Part shown: piece by piece, positions 32,856-43,989 of the stretch
Numbering within the stretch: the stretch's first letter is position 1
How the letters are laid out: every line of letters starts with the position of its first letter
Assembly (NCBI RefSeq): GCF_000281045.1
Contig: NW_008246088.1
Coordinates: 528,675-572,663, forward strand
DNA from: Saprolegnia diclina VS20
Taxonomy: Eukaryota
Direction of reading: 5' to 3'
Length of the DNA stretch: 43,989 bases
Notes under the pieces: model-generated
The model's database searches: none
Told to the model about the DNA's origin: nothing
Seen by the model: only the letters and a program-made list of their open reading frames with translations
Position numbers and translations under genes: made by a program

Positions 32856-33385
32856 GTAGCATGATCACACTTTGGACAAGCGGCAAGCGACAATGGCGGT
32901 ACATATTTATCCGGGCAACATTATCCGGATGAAATGTGCTCGTCGGCGATGCTCGGCAGCTCGTTGACGACGTTTGGAGTTTTTTATGGAGTCGCATGTT
33001 TCGCTCGATATGCGTAGCGTAGGACGCAGGGAGTCCAAAAACCAAAGAATGGGACTCGTAGCGTGCCTACAGCCTGCGTTGTGCGCCGTCCAAGTTGGCA
33101 AAAACTGATACTGAATCTAGTATCAGTGTATCAAGCGACCACCATATTACATTTGGAAGGAGCGCAGGCTGTAGGCACGCTACGAGCCCCATTCTTTGGT
33201 TTTTGGACTCCCTGCGTCCTACGCTATCCATATCGAGCGAAACATGCGACTCCATAAAAAACTCCAAACGTCGTCAACGAGCTGCCGAGCATCGCCGACG
33301 AGCACATTTCATCCGGATAATGTTGCCCGGATAAATATGTACCGCCATTGTCGCTTGCCGCTTGTCCAAAGTGTGATCATGCTAC
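32856..33385. repeat. Long inverted repeat: 223-bp arms (32856-33078 and 33163-33385) with an 84-bp spacer
   Basis: Left arm gtagcatgatcacactttggacaag..cctacagcctgcg is the reverse complement of right arm cgcaggctgtagg..cttgtccaaagtgtgatcatgctac; three mismatches seen (33013, 33014, 33054). Confidence 0.95.
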
Positions 33386-33752
33386 CGATATGTAGTGCTC
33401 CTGCTACCGGTAGCAATACTGCTCCTCCTCGCATGTAAATACCCACAAAACGAGTACATAGTGATTGTGCACTTGATATAGAAAAACTGTTTTATGCACG
33501 CGTACTTTCGGTGCTGATGGACGTTCTTGCCACTAAGAGATCGCGTCGATCTGCTTGACGCAAAGCTTCTTGACGTCGTTGCGCTTGATCTTGATTGTCG
33601 ACATCCTGTGATCACATCAAGCAAGCGAGTCTGTGGTCGTGGAGCAAACATGTAATAGGATATGGACGGCCGTCGCCATATGAACATGGTGCAAATTAAA
33701 ACGTGGACATTGTCATCCGGCCATTCGCTCGCTATCCGGATACTCACTCGAG

Positions 33753-35599
33753 ATGGCCGACGGAGTTGAAGACGCCATCGTGGCACGTTGCGCTGCCCAG
33801 CGCGCGGCCGTCGATGGCGAGCCCGTCTGCGCTCTCTGCGGCCGCTACGGCGCCTACGTCTGCGATGCAACGGACGAAGACGTCTGCAGCCTCGAGTGCC
33901 GGGACACCGCGCAAGCCCGCGCCGCAACCCGCGGACTCCGCGCGGAGCTGGGGCTCGCGGTCACACCAGACTCGGCGACGCCGCTCGCAACGACCTTCGA
34001 CGATGTCGATTTGGCACCCGAGCTTGTTGCTAACATGGCGCGCGCAGAGCTGCTGCAGCCGACTCCGATCCAGATGCAAGTGTTGCCTCTCGGGCGTGCA
34101 GGCCACGACGTACTTGGCCCATAATGGCTCTCCACGTCGCGCCTCATGCGGATCTGTAGGTTCTTCTATGCGCGCCAACAGGCACGGGCAAAACGGTGGC
34201 GTTTCTGCTGCCGCTGCTCGCCCGCACGATGGCGGCGCGCTTTGAGATCCACGGGATCCTCGGCCTCATCCTCGCGCCCGTCCGCGAGCTCTGCATACAA
34301 ATTGAAGCCCAGATCAAGGTAGTCTCGACTGCAAGGCGCCTGCGATGTGGCGTTTATCGACGCTGCATAGGCACTCGTGCAAGGCATTCCGAAGATGCGA
34401 ACCGCGCTGCTCGTGGGCGGTCTGCCTCTGCCCAACCAAGTACGTTGGCTCTCCTATTCGCGTGCTACACTAGGACAGTAGCTCCACCGACTCGCCCAAG
34501 GTCCGCAAGTGCTCATTGGTACCCCCGGACGTCTCTTGGCCATCCATACCGACCACGGCTTGATGCTGCACGACGTCCGTACCTGCGTCCTCGACGAAGC
34601 CGATCGGCTCTGCGACGATGAGTTTCGAGACGCAACGACCACGCTGCTCTCGCTTCTGCCTCCAAATCGCCAGCTCTTCTTTGCCAGCGCAACCATGACG
34701 CCAGCTGCGGAGGCCATTGCTCGCACGCTGGCACCTGACGTTCTCCGCGTGACGCACAGATTCTCGTCGGGTCTGGCGGTTGACATTCCTCATCATGTGA
34801 CCCAGCATGTGCAGTTCGTTGCCAACGCTCAGAAGACAAAGCGCCTCTTCGAGCTGCTTCGGGGGAAACCTTCTGACGACCCGCTGCACGCGACCGTACG
34901 ATACGTCGTTTATGGACGAGATGCGGAGACCCAACATGGTTTTATGGTTCGTAGCTTGTGTTTGTGGCGTCCCAGCAAGGCGCCGACGTGCTCGTCAAGT
35001 CCATCTACAAGGCGTGCAACGTCCCAGCCCTCTCGATCCACGGCGGCAAGTCCCAGGTACAATTGCATATGGATGCCCATTGTACGATATGGACGGCGTA
35101 GGCCGCGCGGCTGCAAGCGATGGAGGCGTTTGTGGCAGGAACCGCGTCCATCTTGGTGGCGACGTACGTCTTGGGGCGCGGTATGGACCTCCTCAGCGTC
35201 GACGACGTGGTCATCTTTGACTTGCCGCCGACCGTCGACGGTACGTACCGACAGATATGTATCGCGCGCATCCACGTATGGATGCTAGAGTACGTGCACC
35301 TTGTGGGCCGTGCAGGACGCAGTGGCGATCCCGGGCGCGCGACCGTGTTTGTCAACGAAGAGAACGCGCGGCTCTTCCCGGCGCTCACGAGCGGTGCCTG
35401 GGCGAGTGTGCGGGACTTGCCAAAACAAGTGACCGACGTGAGCGTTTCCGAGCGCAAGCGGGAGCGCGTGCAAATCGAAGCGCTGTGCCAACGCGCCCAC
35501 GCCGCTGCCACCCACTGGCAACACTGGACGTCGACCAAGCGCAAGCGGGACGATGGCGACACCGCCGCTAGGCAGCCCCGGCAGCGCATACACGACTAA
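33753..35599 (+). CDS. DDX59: DEAD-box RNA helicase with HIT-type zinc finger; multi-exon
   Basis: EPVCALCGRYGAYVCDATDEDVCSLEC (DDX59 zf-HIT), PTPIQMQ, APTGTGKT, APVREL, GTPGRL, VLDEAD, SAT, GRGMD, HLVGRAGR across short GT-AG introns. Confidence 0.9.
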
Positions 35600-36718
35600 A
35601 CTATGCTTTTTAAACTAAGTAGGCAGTGTCACTCGACGCAACACAAGTCGCAAGGACACTGTACCGATAAGGTTAGTTAGTAGAATTGGAAGATGACGCA
35701 ATTGATTGCACGACACTGTCGGAGGCATCATCCGTGGGTGGAGACCTACCCCTTATCTGCAAAGACAGCAACATCGATGACGGCGACGAAGATGGTCCTC
35801 AGCATGCTTCTCTCTGCATACATTCCGCATCAAGTGCATGTATTCCTTGGGACGCTGTCGCGTTGTGATTGGACAATACGAGATTTAGGTGCCCGTGGAG
35901 AATGCCACGTACCCACGAGTGCGGGGTCGGCAGCTCTCGCATGACGACGTCTCTCTGGGCACCGCATCTACGTACTGTCGTCGTATTGGGTAGCTACGCT
36001 CTGCTCGGTCTACGCTCCACGTCCCACGTCCCATAGTACAAGTTGTCGCTGCGACGTACACTAAGTTTGGACCTTGCAGGTGCGTGTAGCTGTGCGAGTA
36101 GCCACATCGTACATTCTCGAAAACATTCTTCGCGTGTCCTATGGTGCGAGAGACGCCGCCAGCATTAGCTGCGCGTCCCTTCTTGAACCTGGCTGTTGCA
36201 CCACGCCGGTGCACCAAGTCCCGCTCGATGGTCTCGCTCCGAGGCGCCGTGGCTGTCCATGCCAAGGCCTCAACCTATGCTAGTAGCGGCTACGGCTAGT
36301 ATGTTTACGCGGACGTCCGCGGAAGCTCGCACCTACAGTCTGACATCCGCACATACTTTTTGGCTTGTCCACATGCGACGTGGACGCATCTTCTCTGTTC
36401 GTGGACAGCTCGTCGCTTCGCCGGGCAGCGCCGACCCTCGCCGCATGCAGCCATCATGGGCTACATGCCCATGCAGCTACGCGCCTCGATGAGGCAATGG
36501 CCTCCGCGCACGTCGCGCCGACGCACCCGTCGTGCCGGCTGTCCATGTCCTACGCGGCCTGATTCGGACGGATTGCGTTATTTTTGGCCACAGCAAAAGA
36601 TTTTCCTGTATTTTAATGCGACATGCCATACAAAACCAAGGTATTCTGCAACGATATCTTTAAATTAATTGGATCCAGAGGTGCGAAGGCCGCGGATTTC
36701 CTCATTTCGAAAGCTGCC

Positions 36719-39103
36719 ATGTCGTATCTTGTGCCCTCCGAGTACCTCCAGAAGTTCTCGCCCAAGGAGATCCAGGACCTCAAGCGGGCCTTCAAGCAGT
36801 TCGACGCTGATGGCGACGGCTCCATCGACGCCTCCGAGCTCAGCAACGTCCTCCTCGCGGTCGGCGAGGTGCCATCGGACGCGTTCGTCGCCGACCTCAT
36901 CGCGTCGGTCGACACGGACAAGAGCGGGACGATCGAGTTCCCCGAGTTCCTCACACTGCTCTACGAGCTGCGCCACCCGATGCCGACGTCGGCGCCGAGC
37001 TACCCGACAGGGCCCGTCTTCAACAATGCCGCCGCCGTCAACTCGTGGAACTCGACGGCGTTCACGAAGCCGCCATCGCCGGTCGCGTCGCCGACCGAAG
37101 CCGCCGCGACGTCGTTTGCGCCGCGCAACTCGAACTTTGCCGCCGCGTCGGCGGCCTTTAACAAGGGCAAGAGCACGCCTGTCCCGTCGGCGGCGCCCAT
37201 CAAGAAGACGGCCGCACCGTCATACGTGCCGCCACCCCCGCCTGTCCCAGTGACTCCAGCACCTGCTGTGACGCCGACGGGCGGCAACAAGTCGGCGTTT
37301 GCAGCCGCGGCTGCCAAGTTCAACACCAAGTCGCCGGTCTCAACCCCGCCTGTGACGCCGAGCCGCAAGACGAGCGGTTTTTCGGGCGCGTCGTCGCCGG
37401 CGCAGGCCCATGCCGCTGCCAACGCGCCGCTCCAGCGCACGGCGAGCGCGCTGGCGAGCGTTGTGCAGAAGCACCTCAACATCCACGAGAGCCGCAGTGC
37501 GACCGGCGGCGTCCACTCGTACTCGGACGAAGAAAAGATGGCGTTTGCCGAGCACATCAACAACTGCCTGTCCGGTGATGCGCACCTGGCCTACCTGCCG
37601 ATCGACCCGTCGGGCCACGACCTCTTTGCCTCGGTCACGGACGGTATTCTCCTCTGCAAGCTCATCAACCTCGTACGTTCCGTGATGCCATCACGTCGTT
37701 TAGTCTCATGTATCTAGGCGGTGCCCGACACGATCGACATGCGCGCCGTCAACATCAAGAACAAGCTCAACGTGTACGAGATGACGGAGAACCACAACTT
37801 GTGCATCAACGCCGCCAAGTCGATTGGGTGTTCGATCGTCAACATTGGCCCGTCGGACCTCCTCGAGGGCAAGCCGATCCTCGTGCTCGGGCTTGTGTGG
37901 CAGATCATCCGCATCCAGCTCACGGCGACCATCAACCTCAAGAACCACCCGGAGCTCGTGCGTCTCCTTCTCGATGGCGAGTCGCTCGAGGACTTTATGA
38001 AGCTGCCGCCCGAGCAAATCTTGCTGCGTTGGGTCAACTACCATTTGGCGGCAGCGCACCACGACAAGAAGGTACACCTTGACACTTTTTGTATCAATGT
38101 ATCAATGTACATCGACTAGATTCACAACTTTGGCCGCGACGTGGCCGACGCGACGGTCTACTCGGTCTTGCTCCACCAGATTGCGCCGAGCACGTGCGAC
38201 GTGTGCAAGGAGCCGACGGCGCTCGAGCGTGCGACGCATGTGATTCGCAACGCGGAGAAGCTGCACGTCGATGCGTTCATCAAGCCCAGCGACATTACGA
38301 GCGGCAATACGAAGCTCAACTTGTCGTTTGTGGCCCAGCTCTTCAACACGTGTCCGGCGCTCGATGACGTGGACGTGACCGCGCAGCTCCAGGAGATTCT
38401 CGACGACGACGTGGGCGACACGCGCGAAGAGCGCTGCTTCCGCATGTGGATCAACTCGCTCGGGCTCTCAGAGACGTATGTGAACCACCTCTTTTCGGAC
38501 TTGAAGGACGGCATGGTCATCCTCAAGACGCTCGACAAGATGGAGCCGGGTGTCGTGAGCTGGACCAAAGCGAATGTCGCGCCAGCCAACAAGTTTAAGA
38601 AGGTCGAAAACTGCAACTACTGCGTCGTGCTCGGGAAGCAGCTCAAGTTTTCGCTCGTCAACATTGGCGGCGTCGACATTGCCGAAGGCAACAAGAAGCT
38701 CGTGCTCTCGCTCATTTGGCAGATGATGCGCCACAACTCACTCAAGCTCCTCTCGTCGCTCGGGAAGGACGTGAGCGACAAGGACATTATCGAGTGGGCG
38801 AACGCCAAAGCCGTGCGCCACAACAAGCGGATGGTGACCTTCCGAGACGCGATGCTCTCGGACGCAGTGTACCTCTTGGATCTGGTCGCGGCCGTCGAGC
38901 CCCGGGCGGTCAACTGGGACGCGGTCGTCGAGCACGCGTCGAGTGACGAGGACAAGGCAGCGAACGCCAAGTATGCCATCTCGTGCGCCCGCAAGATTGG
39001 CGCCACCGTCTTCTTGACGTACGAAGACATTGTCGAGGTCAAGCCCAAGATGATCATGACCTTTGTCGCGTCGCTCATGACGCTGGAGAAGCGTCATTAT
39101 TAG
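36719..39103 (+). CDS. Fimbrin/plastin actin-bundling protein (EF-hands + four CH domains; introns 37673-37717 and about 38071-38119)
   Basis: EF-hands DADGDGSIDASEL and DTDKSGTIEFPEF; HSYSDEEKMAFAEHIN, DGILLCKLIN, ENHNLCINAAKSIGC, LVLGLVWQIIR, REERCFRMWINSLG, NAKYAISCARKIGA, EDIVEVKPKMIMTF. INR-like ctcatttcg at 36701. Confidence 0.95.
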
Positions 39104-39674
39104 ACCCTAACGACTACTTAAGTATCTGCCTCCTTCTCAAGTGTATGGCGTATCGTACATCTCTCCTCATCATCGCCACGACGTGTCGAGGAAACGCAGC
39201 TCTTATTGGCCAGCAATTCGTCGTAGGTTGTTGAGGAGCCCACCAAACGACCGATTGACCAAACCAACGAGCAGCTGTGGACCCAGCGCATGGCGGACGT
39301 TGGGCGAGACGGCGTGCGATGGCAGAGTCGGACGTCACGTGCCGCCACGCGGTGTCGACGGTTCAGCCTGCAGCGAGGAGTGCGCTGAACGAGCGCTTGG
39401 CCCATGCTGTGAGTAGGATATCGACGGTACTAGTCGAGGACACTGCATCGTCGTAGTTAGTCGGTATCGTAGTTTTGCTAGTCGATGCGTCGTCGCCGCT
39501 GTCGATGCATGTCATCGTGTCGGTTTCACGCGCGAATCGCCACGAGCCAATCACTTGCAGCCAGTGGATATCCTCCTGTGAGAATCGATCGGCTGACTCG
39601 ATCGGTTTGTAGAGGGTTTCGAGACCACCAATGATTATCGAGATTGCCATTTCCCAAATATCCATCGAGCGAGC

Positions 39675-41663
39675 ATGAGTTCCGACGACGAGCAGAAGCT
39701 GCTGAAGAAGCTCAAGAAGGAGAAGAAGGAGAAGAAGGAGAAGAAGGAGAAGAAGGCCAAGAAGGAGAAGAAGCGCTCGCGCTCGGACGACGAGACGACC
39801 GACGTCGCCGAAGACGAGGAAGCGCCGGCGGCCTCGCCCGCCTCGGACGAGGAAGTCGCGTCGCCGGCCGCCAAGAAAGCCAAAAACGTCTCGACGATCG
39901 GCGAGGGCAACCCGAAGGTCTCGGACTTCCGCGTCGGCGACATCACGATTGCTGCGCTCGAGAAGCGCGGTATCTCGACGCTCTTCCCGATCCAGTCGAT
40001 GACGTTCGACAAGATCTACGACGAGTTTGATCTCATTGGCCGTGCGCGCACGGGCATGGGCAAGACGCTCGCGTTTGTCTTGCCGGTCGTCGAGCGCCTC
40101 TTCAAGGAGGGCAAGCGCACCAACCGCGGCCGTGCCGCCAAGGTCATTTGCATGGCGCCGACGCGCGAGCTCGCCAAGCAGGTCGCAACCGAGTTTGAGC
40201 AGACGGCGCCGAGCCTCAAGACGACGTGCATTTACGGTGGCGCGTCGTACCAGTCGCAGAACCAGGACTTCCGCGACGGCGTCGACATCGTCGTCGGTAC
40301 CACCGGTCGTATCTGCGACCACCTCGAGCGTGGCACGCTGCGCCTGAACGAGTGCAAGTTTTTGATCCTTGACGAAGCCGACACCATGCTCGAGATGGGG
40401 TTCCGCGAGGACATCCAGAAGGTCTTTGAGGCCATGGAGGCGGCCAAGACCGCGCACCAGACGCTCCTCTTCTCGGCCACGATCCCGTCGTGGCTCGACC
40501 AGGTCGCCAAGAAGTACATGAAGCCGGACCGCGTCTACGTCAACATGGTCAACGACAACGAAGACCAGGCCTCGAAGGACGTCCAGCACATTGCGATCCC
40601 TTGCCATTGGCAGACGCGCGCGAGCCTCCTCGCCAACCTCCTCTCCATGTATGCGACCAAGACGTCGCGCACGATCATTTTCGCCGAAACGAAGAAGGAC
40701 TGCAACGAACTCGCCGTCAACCCGGACATCAAGCAGGACGCCCAAGTCCTCCACGGTGACATTGCGCAGAACCAGCGCGAGATCACGATGCAGGCCTTCC
40801 GTGACGGCAAGATCCGTCTTCTGATTGCGACCGACGTGGCTGCGCGCGGTCTCGACATGGACGTCGACCTCGTCATCAACTCGGAGCCGCCGCGCAAGCA
40901 GTCGGGTCGCGCCGACGTCGACACGTACGTGCACCGCTCGGGTCGTACCGGTCGTGCCGGTAAGAAGGGCACGTGCATAACGCTCTTCACGCCCAAGCAG
41001 AAGGACAACCTCCTCCTGATTGAGCGGTCGATCAAGAACAAGTTTATCATGAAGGCGGCGCCCAACGTCGACGACATGGTGACGGGTGCGGCCGCGACTG
41101 CCGCCTCGGAGATCGAGACCGTGGACCCCAACATGATCGAGCTCTTCCTCGAGACGGCCAAGACGTTGATCGACACGATGGGCGCCGAGAAGAGTCTCGC
41201 TGCCGCCCTCGCGTGCATCACGGGCCACACCAAGCCGCCGGCGAAGGCGTCGCTCCTCTCGGGCTCGCCGGACCTCACGACGGTCCTCTTCGAGTCGTCC
41301 AACGTCATTCGCGCCAAGGGCTACGTCTGGAACGCCGTCAACCGCGACATCCCGGAAGAGTTTGCCAAGGACATCAAGAGCATGCAGCTCACGGCCGACT
41401 CTATGGGCGCGTGCTTTGACTTGCCAAACGCCGGCCTCAAGGTCATTGAGGACCTCATCGCGGCCAAGGACTCGAGCTCGTACGGCTGCCCGTACTCGCT
41501 CCCCAAGACGCTCCCCAAGATGCAGGAGCTGCCCCAGCGCACGGGCGGCTTCGGCGGCGGCTACGGCGGTGGTCGTGGCGGTGGCTATGGCGGCGGTCGT
41601 GGCGGCGGTGGCCGCGGTGGTCGTGGCGGCCCTCCCGGCGGTCGTGGTGGCCGTCGCTGGTAA
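39675..41663 (+). CDS. DDX21: DEAD-box RNA helicase, DDX21/nucleolar RNA helicase II (GUCT, RGG tail) type
   Basis: KKE-rich N-terminus, LFPIQ, GRARTGMGKTLAF, PTRELAKQV, LDEADTML, FSAT, LHGDIAQNQREITM, ATDVAARGLD, YVHRSGRTGRAG, GUCT-like region and C-terminal GGRGG repeats. Intronless. Confidence 0.9.
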   Translation: MSSDDEQKLLKKLKKEKKEKKEKKEKKAKKEKKRSRSDDETTDVAEDEEAPAASPASDEEVASPAAKKAKNVSTIGEGNPKVSDFRVGDITIAALEKRGISTLFPIQSMTFDKIYDEFDLIGRARTGMGKTLAFVLPVVERLFKEGKRTNRGRAAKVICMAPTRELAKQVATEFEQTAPSLKTTCIYGGASYQSQNQDFRDGVDIVVGTTGRICDHLERGTLRLNECKFLILDEADTMLEMGFREDIQKVFEAMEAAKTAHQTLLFSATIPSWLDQVAKKYMKPDRVYVNMVNDNEDQASKDVQHIAIPCHWQTRASLLANLLSMYATKTSRTIIFAETKKDCNELAVNPDIKQDAQVLHGDIAQNQREITMQAFRDGKIRLLIATDVAARGLDMDVDLVINSEPPRKQSGRADVDTYVHRSGRTGRAGKKGTCITLFTPKQKDNLLLIERSIKNKFIMKAAPNVDDMVTGAAATAASEIETVDPNMIELFLETAKTLIDTMGAEKSLAAALACITGHTKPPAKASLLSGSPDLTTVLFESSNVIRAKGYVWNAVNRDIPEEFAKDIKSMQLTADSMGACFDLPNAGLKVIEDLIAAKDSSSYGCPYSLPKTLPKMQELPQRTGGFGGGYGGGRGGGYGGGRGGGGRGGRGGPPGGRGGRRW

Positions 41664-41774
41664 TTAAGATAGACTTTAGAAATTACAACTATACAACAAC
41701 ATGAACACAATTATACATAGCAACTGAGATTAATGGCCTTGACAAAATTGTCGGCAAAATCGACTACTAAAAAG

Positions 41775-42449
41775 TTAGTTGCCGACGCGCGCGGCCGTCC
41801 ACTGCGCGTGCTGCTTGTTGTGGAAGTGCGCTTCGTGCACAAAGGCCGCGTCCGGGAACGCGCCGTTGACGCAGTTGTTGCAGCGGCTCAGGTAGTTGCC
41901 CGTGTCGTCCGCGAGCGCGATCTTGCCCTTGCCCGCGTCCATGCACGTCCACTGCGCCCACGGCCCCTCCGTGTAGTCGGCCACGTGCACGAACGCTTCG
42001 TCGGCGTGCGTCGCGATCGGCGCGCAGTTGGTGCAGCGGGCGAGGAACTTGCCGTTGTCGCCCTGGAGCGCGACCTTGTTGTTGGCGGCGCGGACGACCG
42101 TCCAGACCGCGGCCGGGCTCACGGCGTCGGCGTGGACAAAGGCGGCATCCGGGTACGCGGCGTCCGGGATGCAGTTGTTGCAGCGCGAAAAGTACTTGCC
42201 CGTGTCGGCGCGGAGCGTAATGCGGTCGCCGTCGCGGAAGTCGCAGCCACGCACGGCGTCGCCGAGCAGGAGCGGCGCGACGCGGCCATGGTGGGCGGTC
42301 GCCGCGTACGCGCAGCCAAGCGCGACGCCGAGGCCCAACGCGAGCGCCGCCTTGCGCGGGCGGCTCGCGCTCGGGCGCTCCGAGTGCTTGAGCACGAGAC
42401 GCGTCGTGGGCAAGGCCACGCTGTTGTTACCGCTGCCGTACGTGGTCAT
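41775..42449 (-). CDS. Membrane-anchored or secreted protein with three fascin/actin-crosslinking-like beta-trefoil repeats
   Basis: Hydrophobic KAALALGLGVALGCAYAATA, then three repeats I/VxLxxDxGx(Y/F)xxRCxNC..PDxAFVH..W. First likely ATG at 42449. Confidence 0.7.
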   Translation of the reverse strand: MTTYGSGNNSVALPTTRLVLKHSERPSASRPRKAALALGLGVALGCAYAATAHHGRVAPLLLGDAVRGCDFRDGDRITLRADTGKYFSRCNNCIPDAAYPDAAFVHADAVSPAAVWTVVRAANNKVALQGDNGKFLARCTNCAPIATHADEAFVHVADYTEGPWAQWTCMDAGKGKIALADDTGNYLSRCNNCVNGAFPDAAFVHEAHFHNKQHAQWTAARVGN

Positions 42450-43143
42450 CTTGGCGTACCGAAAAGAAAAGTGGGTGCCCAAACTTCAAGTCGATCATCC
42501 CAGCCGCCCAATATCTATCACCCAGGCAGTGCTGCTCCCACTGTCTTCGCTGCCGCCGCCACCAGCCCTCACCAGAGGCTCAGAGAACAGTACTACGCCA
42601 ATACCGTCAGGCGGCAGTGCTCGGGGCTTGTAGTACCTGACTTGTCGAATGCATCTATCTTCTCGTGGGCGTTGCGCGTGGTGCGCGGCCAGCGGCGTCG
42701 AGGTCAACAAGGTTTTCTGTGACATGAATCATAACACCATTTACTGCATATGACACGATTTGCGTTGAATAAGATCTGGCCTCGTATACTTGTCTTTTGT
42801 AGCAAGTGGACATTGGTAGGAAATGGTGTACGGACGGTGCAACGAATGCCATCCGAATAGTGTATGAAATTTGGCGACAAACCACCCACCCAATGCGCTC
42901 CCTCACTCGCACCATGACTCGCCACGATGCGCAACGCACTCGCACCGACTGCTCGTGCTGAGAGCCTAGTTGAAACTTAGCTTTTTCGAACAAGCGAGCG
43001 TCTTCCGATGGTTAGCGCTGTGCTGTCTTGGTCGTACACTATTACCGTGCGTCGGAAGATCGCAACGCAAAGATCCCGTTGGGCTGGAAGAAAGATCGCG
43101 GGCAGAACGTCGTCGTCGTCGATACAGATTGCATTAGGCCCTC

Positions 43144-43989
43144 ATGCAACGCCTTCTCTTGGTCCTCATGGCCATGACTGGCGTCGGCTATGGCTCGTAC
43201 TGCCAGCGCACGATGCGCCAGCGCGAACACCTGCATCCGAGCGTGCATACGCTGCCGCCACCGACGGACACCGAGGTGCTGGCGATGGCGTCGCTGCCAA
43301 AGGCGCTCGATTGGTGCGAGCGCGGTATGTGCACGTCGTCTTGGAACCAGCACATTCCGCAGTACTGCGGGTCGTGCTTTGCGCACGGCGCGCTCTCGAG
43401 TGCGAACGACCGCATCAAGATCCTCAACCACAAGCTCGGGTTCCACGGCCCGGACGTGATGCTCGGGCGGCAGAGCTTTCTCAACTGCGCGCCGGGCCAC
43501 GGCCTCTCGCACGGCTGCAAGGGCGGCGAGCCCGCGGACGTGTACGAGTTTATGCACAAGTATGGCCTTCCGGACGAGACGTGTCTGCACTACAACGCGA
43601 CCGACTACACCAAGTACATTGACTTGTACAATGGCACGTGTCCGCCGGACGGCTACTGCGTCAAGTACACTTACCAGCTTACCTCATTTCCTCTGACGCT
43701 ATCGTTCTAGCTGCATGAAGACGCCCGACAGCCTCAATGTGCCCCACTGCTTCCCCGTGACCAAGATGGTCCGGTATCGAGCGAAGGAGTATGCGCGCAT
43801 TGCCGGCGAGCATGCCATGATGCACGAGCTCCTCAACGGTCCGATTACGTGCGGGATTGCGTGCAGCCCGCCGTTCATCAACGACTACACGGCCGGGATC
43901 CTGCACGATACGACCAACTTCACGCACATTGACCACGACGTTGAGATTGTCGGGTGGGGCGAGGACGAAGCCGGCGTCAAGTTTTGGCG
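43144..43989 (+). CDS. Papain-family (C1A) cathepsin X/Z-like cysteine protease, truncated by the window end (intron 43665-43710)
   Basis: Signal peptide MQRLLLVLMAMTGVGYG; LPKALDW; NQHIPQYCGSCFAHG..DRIKI with the cathepsin X HIP insertion; GCKGG; GPITCGI; catalytic His in IDHDVEIVGWG. Confidence 0.9.

Noticed and set aside
33196..33438. Mirror-image ORFs in the two arms of the inverted repeat
   Set aside because: A consequence of the repeat symmetry; no coding signature.
35686..36562. Short ORF fragments between DDX59 and fimbrin, possible decayed gene
   Set aside because: No consistent exon chain or recognisable homology could be built.

Overview
Gene-dense, GC-rich eukaryotic scaffold with very short (about 43-55 nt) spliceosomal introns and three N-gaps. 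Gene content, INR/FPR-like core promoters and intron size point to an oomycete, most plausibly a Saprolegniales water mould (inference). Recognisable housekeeping genes: TFIIS, eIF4E, an S9 peptidase, mRNA cap N7-methyltransferase, TBC1D31, NDUFV1, a TMCO4/DUF726 protein, a FAM227-like protein, UBE2S, DDX59, fimbrin, a DDX21-like helicase and a truncated cathepsin X-like protease. Less ordinary elements: (1) an ISG12/IFI27-type membrane domain apparently fused to a Myb/SANT-like N-terminus, next to two tandem MAPEG genes and a partial duplication; (2) a cluster of at least four paralogues of an unrecognised protein ending in PPAPLRRVF, in mixed orientation, one pseudogenised; (3) a 223-bp near-perfect inverted repeat; (4) unusual domain architectures (WW-WW-cap methyltransferase; multi-TM-WW-adaptin-appendage-like; membrane-anchored RCxxC beta-trefoil). 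I recognised no tRNA, rRNA, CRISPR array or intact transposase. All family assignments are from motif recognition by eye, not database searches.
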